NCBI RefSeq assembly: GCF_009914755.1
Contig: NC_060925.1
DNA from: the human T2T-CHM13v2.0 reference genome, Homo sapiens
DNA length: 64,000 bases
Reading direction: 5' to 3' (one strand)
The position numbers and the translations under genes were made by a program. This document shows, piece after piece, positions 56,801-64,000 of this stretch. The notes beneath the pieces are model-generated. The model worked only from the letters and a program-made list of their open reading frames with translations, searched no databases and was not told where the DNA came from. Every line of letters starts with the position of its first letter. The stretch's first letter is position 1.

Positions 56801-59800
56801 TGGACTCGAATGGAATAATCATAGAACGGAATCGAATGGAATCATCATCGGATGGAAATGAATGGAATCATCATCGAATGGAATCGAATAGAATTATGGA
56901 ATGAAATCCAGTGTGATCATCATCGAATGCACCCGAATGGAATCATCATCCAACGGAATCTAATGGAAACAACATCGAATGAATCGAATGGAAACACCAT
57001 CGAATTGAAACGAGTGGAATTATCATGAAATTGAAATGGATGGACTCATCATCGAATGGATTCGAATGGAATCATCGAATAAAATTGATTGAAATCATCA
57101 TCAAATGGAATCGAATGGTATCATTGAAAGGAATCGAATGGAATCATCATCAGATGGAAATGAATGGAATCGTCATAGAATGGAATCGAATGGATTCATT
57201 GAATGGAATCAGATGGAATCATCGAATGGACTGGAATGGAATCATTGAATGGACTCGAGAGGGATCATTATTGAATGGAATTGAATGGAATCATGGAATG
57301 GTCTCGATTGGAATCATTATCAAATGGAATCGAATGGAATCACCGAATAGAATCGAATGGAACAATCATCGAATGGACTCCAATGGAATTATCCTCAAAT
57401 GGAATCGAATGGAATTATCGAATGCAATCGAATGGAATTATCGAATGCAATCGAATAGAATCATCGAATGGACTCGAATGGAATCATCGAATGGAATGGA
57501 ATGGAACAGTCAATGAACTCGAATGGAATCATCATTGAATGGAATCGAATGGAATCATCGAGTGGAATCGAATGGAATTATGATCAAATGGAATCGAATG
57601 TAATCATCATCAAATGGAATCAAAGATAACCATCATCAATTGGTATTGAATGGAATTGTCATCAAATGGAATTCAAAGGAATCATCACCAAATGGAACCG
57701 AAAGGAATCCTCATTGAATGGAAATGAAAGGGGTCATCATCTAATGGAATCGCATGGAATCATCATCAAATGGAATCGAATGGAATCATCATCAGATGGA
57801 ATATAATGGAATCATTGAACAGAATTGAATGGAATCGTCATCGAATGAATTGAATGCAATCATCGAATGGTCTCGAATGGAATCATCTTCTAATGGAAAG
57901 GAATGGAATCATCGCATAGAATCGAATGGAATTAACATTGAATGGACTCGAATGGAATCAACATCAAACGGAATCAAGCGGAATTATCGAATGGAATCGA
58001 AGAGAATCATCGAATGGACTCGAATGGAATCATCTAATGGAATGGAATGGAATAATCCACGGACTCGAATGCAACCACCATCGTATAGAATCGAATGGAA
58101 ACATCAAATGGAATCATCGAATGGACTCGAATGGAATAATCATTGAACGGAATCGAATGGAATCATCATCGGATGGAAACGAATGGAATCATCATCGAAT
58201 GGAAATGAAAGGAGTCATCTAATGGAATTGCATGGAATCATCATCAAATGGAATCGAATGGAATCAACATCAAATGTAATCAAATGGAATCATTGAACGG
58301 AATTGAATGGAATCGTCATCGAATGAATTGAATGCAATCATCGAATGGTCTCGAATGGAATCATCTTCAAATGGAATGGAATGGAATCATCGCATAGAAT
58401 CGAATGGAATTATCATCGAATGGAATCGAATGGAATCAACATCAAACGGAAAAAAACGGAATTATCGAATGGAATCGAAGAGAATCATCGAATGGACCCG
58501 AATGGAATCATCTAATGGAAAGGAATGGAATAATCCATGGACTCGAATGCAATCATCATCGAATGGAATCGAATGGAATCATCGAATGGACTCGAATGGA
58601 ATAATCATAGAACGGAATCGAATGGAATCATCATCGGATGGAAATGAATGGAATCATCATCGAATGGAATCGAATAGAATTATGGAATGAAATCCAGTGT
58701 GATCATCATCGAATGGACCCGAATGGAATCATCATCCAACGGAAGCTAATGGAATCAACATCGAATGAATCGAATGGAAACACCATCGAATTGAAACGAA
58801 TGGAATTATCATGAAATTGAAATGGATGGACTCATCATCGAATGGATTCGAATGGAATCATCGAATAAAATTGATTGAAATCATCATCAAATTGAATCGA
58901 ATGGTATCATTGAATGGAATCAAATGGAATCATCATCAGATGGAAAAGAATGGAATCGTCATAGAATGGAATCGAATGGATTCATTGAATGGAATCAGAT
59001 GGAATCATCGAATGGACTGGAATGGAATCATTGAATGGACTCGAAAGGGATCATGATTGAATGGAATTGAATGGAATCATCGAATGGTCTCGATTGGAAT
59101 CATTATCAAATGGAATCGAATGGAATCACCGAATAGAATCGAATGGAACAATCATCGAATGGACTCCAATGGAATTATCCTCAAATGGAATCGAATGGAA
59201 TTATCGAATGCAATCGAATAGAATCATCGAATGGACTCGAATGGAATCATCGAATGGAATGGAATGGAACAGTCAATGAACTCGAATGGAATCATCATTG
59301 AATGGAATCGAATGGAATCATCGAGTGCAATCGAATGGAATTATGATCAAATGGAATCGAATGTAATCATCAAATGGAATCAAAAATAACCATCATCAAT
59401 TGGTATTGAATGGAATTGTCATCAAATGGAATTCAAAGGAATCATCATCAAATGGAACCGAAAGGAATCCTCATTGAATGGAAATGAAAGGGGTCATCAT
59501 CTAATGGAATCACATGGAATCATCATCAAATGGAATCGAATGGAATCATCATCAAATGGAATCTAATGGAATCATTGAACAGAATTGAATGGAATCGTCA
59601 TCGAATGAATTGAATACAATCATCGAATGGTCTCGAATGGAATCATCTTCTAATGGAAAGGAATGGAATCATCGCATAGAATCGAATGGAATTAACATTG
59701 AATGGACTCGAATGGAATCAACATCAAACGGAATCAAGCGGAATTATCGAATGTAATCGAAGAGAACCATCGAATGGACTCCAATGGAATCATCTAATGG

Positions 59801-62800
59801 AATGGAATGGAATAATCCACGGACTCGAATGCAATCATCATCGTATAGAATCGAATGGAATCATTGAATGGACTCGAATGGAATCATCATTGAACAGAAT
59901 CGAATGGAATCATCATCGGATGGAAACGAATGGAATTATCATCGAATGGAAATGAAAGGAGTCATCATCTAATGGAATCGCATGGAATCATCATAAAATG
60001 GAATCGAATGGAATCAACATCAAATGGAATCAAATGGAATCATTGAACGGAATTGAATGGAATTGTCATCGAATGAATTGAATGCAATCATCGAATGGTC
60101 TCGAATGAAATCATCTTCAAATGGAATGGAATGGAATCATCGCATAGAATCGAATGGAATTATCATCGAATGGAATCGAAAGGTATCAACATCAAACGGA
60201 AAAAAACGGAATTATCGAATGGAATCGAAGAGAATCATCGAACGGACACGAATGGAATCATCTAATGGAAAGGAATGGAATAATCCATGGACTCGAATCC
60301 AATCATCATCGAATGGAATCATTGAAAGGACTCTAATGGAATAATCATTGAACGGAATCGAATGGAATCATCATCGAATGGAAACTAATGGAATCATCAT
60401 CGAATGGAAATGAAAGGAGTCATCTAATGGAATTGCACGGAATCAACATAAAATGGAATCGAATGGAATCAACATCAAATGGAATGAAATGGAATCATTG
60501 AACGGAATTGAATGGAATCTTCATCGAATGAATTGAATGCAATCATCGAATGGTCTCGAATGGAATCATCTTCAAATGGAATGGAATGGAATCATCGCAT
60601 AGAATCGAATGGAATTATCATCGAATGGAATCGAATGGAATCAACATCAAACGGAGAAAAACGGAATTATCGAATGGAATCGAAGAGAATCATCGAATGG
60701 ACCCGAATGGAATCATCTAATGGAATGGAGTGGAATAATCCATGGACTCGAATGCAATCATCATCGAATGGAATCGAATGGAATCATCGAATGGACTCGA
60801 ATGGAATAATCATTGAACGGAATCGAATGGAATCATCATCGGATGGAAATGAATGGAATCATCATCGAATGGAATCGAATAGAATTATGGAATGAAATCC
60901 AGTGTCATCATCTTCGAATGGACCCGAATGGAATCATCATCCAACGGCAGGTAATGGAATCAACATCGAATGAATCGAATGGAAACACCATCGAATTGAA
61001 ACGAGTGGAATTATCATGAAATTGAAATGGATGGACTCATCATCGAATGGATTCGAATGGAATCATCGAATAAAATTGATTGAAATCATCATCAAATGGA
61101 ATCGAATGGTAGCATTGAATGGAATCGAATGGAATCATCATCAGATGGAAATGAATGGAATCGTCATAGAATGGAATCGAATGGATTCATTGAATGGAAT
61201 CAGATGGAATCTTCGAATGGACTGGAATGGAATCATTGAATGGACTCGAAAGGGATCATCATTGAATGGAATTGAATGGAATCATCGAATGGTCTCGATT
61301 GGAATCATTATCAAATGGAATCGAATGGAATCACCGAATAGAATCGAATGGAACAATCATCGAATGGACTCAAATGAAATTATCCTCAAGTGGAATCGAA
61401 TGGAATTATCGAATGCAATCGAATGGAATTATCGAATGCAATCGAATAGAATCATCGAATGGACTCGAATGGAATCATCGAATGGAATGGAATGGAACAG
61501 TCAATGAACTCGAATGGAATCATCATTGAATGGAATCGAATGGAATCATCGAGTGGAATCGAATGAAATTATGATCAAATGGAATCGAATGTAATCATCA
61601 TCAAATGGAATCAAAAATAACCATCATCAATTGATATTCAATGGAATTGTCATCAAATGGAATTCAAAGGTATCATCATCAAATGGAACCGAATGGAATC
61701 CTCATTGAATTGAAATGAAAGGGGTCATCATCTAATGGAATCGCATGGAATCATCATCAAATGGAATCGAATGGAATCATCATCAAATGGAATCTAATGG
61801 AATTATTGAACAGAATTGAATGGAATCGTCATCGAATGAATTGAATGCAATCATCGAATGGTCTCGAATGGAATCATCTTCTAATGGAAAGGAATGGAAT
61901 CATCGCATAGAATCGAATGGAATTAACATTGAATGGACTCGAATGGAATCAACATCAAACGGAATCAAGCGGAATTATCGAATGGAATCGAAGAGAATCA
62001 TCGAATGGACTCGAATGGAATCATCTAATGGAATGGAATGGAATAATCCACGGACTCGAATGCAATCATCATCGTATAGAATCGAATGGAATCATCGAAT
62101 GGACTCGAATGGAATAATCATTGAACGGAATCGAATGGAATCATCATCGGATGGAAACGAATGGAATCATCATCGAATGGAAATGAAAGGAGTCATCATC
62201 TAATGGAATTGCATGGAATCATCATAAAATGGAATCGAATGGAATCAACATCAAATGGAATCAAATGGAATCATTGAACGGAATTGAATGGAATCGTCAT
62301 CGAATGAATTGAATGCAATCATCGAATGGTCTCGAATGGAATCATCTTCAAATGGAATGGAATGGAATCATCGCATAGAATCGAATGGAATTATCATCGA
62401 ATGGAATCGAATGGAATCAACATCAAACGGAAATAAACGGAATTATCGAATGGAATCGAAGAGAATCATCGAACGGACCCGAATGGAATCATCTAATGGA
62501 ATGGAATGGAATAATGCATGGACTCGAATGCAATCATCATCGAATGGAATCGAATGGAATCATCGAATGGACTCGAATGGAATAATCATTGAACGGAATC
62601 GAATGGAGTCATCATCGGATGGAAACGAATGGAATCATCATCGAATGGAAATGAAAGGATTCATCATCTAATGGAATTGCATGGAATCATCATAAAATGG
62701 AATCGAATGGAATCAACATCAAATGGAATCAAATGGAATCATTGAACGGAATTGAATGGAATCGTCAACGAATGAATTGAATGCAATCATCGAATGGTCT

Positions 62801-64000
62801 CGAATGGAATCATCTTCAAATGGAATGGAATGGAATCATCGCATAGAATCGAATGGAATTATCATCGAATGGAATCGAATGGAATCAACATCAATCGGAA
62901 AAATCGGAATTATCGTATGGAATCGAAGAGAATCATCGAATGGACCCGAATGGAATCATCTAATGGAGTGGAATGGAAAAATCCATGGACTCGAATGCAA
63001 TCATCATCGAATGGAATCGAATGGAATCATCGAATGGACTCGAATGGAATAATCATCGAACGGAATCGAATGGAGTCATCATCGGATGGAAATGAATGGA
63101 ATCATCATCGAATGGAATCGAATAGAATTATGGAATGAAATCCAGTGTGATCATCATCGAATGGACCCGAATGGAATCATCATCCAACGGAAGCTAATGG
63201 AATCAACATCGAATGAATCGAATGGAAACACCATCGAATTGAAACGAATGGAATTATCATGAAATTGAAATGGATGGACTCATCATCGAATGGATTCGAA
63301 TGGAATCATCGAATAAAATTGATTGAAATCATCAACAAATGGAATCGAATGGTATCATTGAAGGGAATCGAATGGAATCATCATCAGATGGAAATGAATG
63401 GAATCGTCATAGAATGGAATCGAATGGATTCATTGAATGGAATCAGATGGAATCATCGAATGGACTGGAATGGAATCATTGAGTGGACTCGAAAGGATTC
63501 ATTATTGAATGCAATTGAATGGAATCATCGAATGGTCTCGATTGGAATCATTATCAAATGGAATCGAATGGAATCACAGAATAGAATCGAATGGAACAAT
63601 CATCGAATGGACTCAAATGGAATTATCCTCAAATGGAATCGAATGGAAATATCGAATTTAATCGAATGGAATTATCGAATGCAATCGAATAGAATCATCG
63701 AATGGACTCGAATGGAATCATCGAATGGAATGGAATGGAACAGTCAATGAACACGAATGGAATCATCATTGAATGGAATCGAATGGAATCATCGAGTGGA
63801 ATCGAATGGAATTATGATCAAATGGAATCGAATGTAATCATCATCAAATGGAATCAAAAATAACCATCATCAATTGGTATTGAATGGAATTGTCATCAAA
63901 TGGAATTCAAAGGAATCATCATCAAATGGAACCGAATGGAATCCTCATTGAATGGAAATGAAAGGGGTCATCATCTAATGGAATCGCATGGAATCATCAT

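Larger units (their letters stand above)
1..64000 (+). repeat. Human satellite II (HSat2/HSATII) pericentromeric tandem array, GGAAT-rich strand on +
   Basis: Every line consists of diverged GGAAT pentamers interleaved with ATCATC and TCGA (e.g. gaatggaatcgaatggaatcatcatcgaatgg). This is the reverse complement of the CATTCGATTC-type HSat2 signature, not the long pure (GGAAT)n runs typical of HSat3. I saw no unique sequence and no strand switch. Confidence 0.97.

Noticed and set aside
5-63750. Roughly two hundred short + strand ORFs (MESSSNELN..., MKLKWMD..., MELSSNG...)
   Set aside because: They are low-complexity translations of GGAAT repeats (MEWNG, IIEW). They overlap in several frames, recur at the repeat period, and are freely broken by stops and frameshifts. 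No protein domain is recognisable.
1-64000. ORFs found only on the + strand
   Set aside because: This is compositional. Frequent TCA, TTA and CTA on + give TGA, TAA and TAG stops on the minus strand, while ATG is part of the GAATGG motif on +.
1-64000. CRISPR-like repeat/spacer periodicity
   Set aside because: There are no unique spacers, since the intervening sequence is itself the same satellite motif. No cas genes or leader are present.
1-64000. Assignment to HSat3 (e.g. DYZ1 or chr9) or alpha satellite
   Set aside because: Long pure (GGAAT)n runs are absent while TCGA and ATCATC motifs dominate. I saw no 171 bp or 3.5 kb base period.

Overview
The whole 64 kb window is one uninterrupted, single-orientation array of classical human-type satellite II (HSat2/HSATII). 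It is built from diverged GGAAT/CATTC pentamers organised into 23-26 bp motifs such as GAATGGAATCGAATGGAATCATCATC, with many TCGA sites. I see no real genes, RNA genes, transposon insertions or inversions. All listed ORFs are translation artefacts of the repeat, but their start coordinates are useful as rulers. The higher-order unit is an approximately 840 bp segment plus n copies of a 468 bp subunit: n=2 gives 1776 bp, n=3 gives 2244 bp and n=5 gives 3180 bp. There is normally one EcoRI site per unit, which matches the 1.77 kb period known for HSat2A on human 1q12; the chromosome assignment is an inference. On top of this are nested duplications of 936, 1063, 1092, 3630, 4020 and 6284 bp, deletions of 23, 26, 75, 351 and 390 bp, and long-range block re-use at offsets of 10250, 18450, 21247 and 31497 bp. 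A change in variant composition occurs near 16 kb. I found no evidence of a novel protein-coding or RNA system; what is interesting here is satellite architecture and evolution. All comparisons were made by eye and by coordinate arithmetic.
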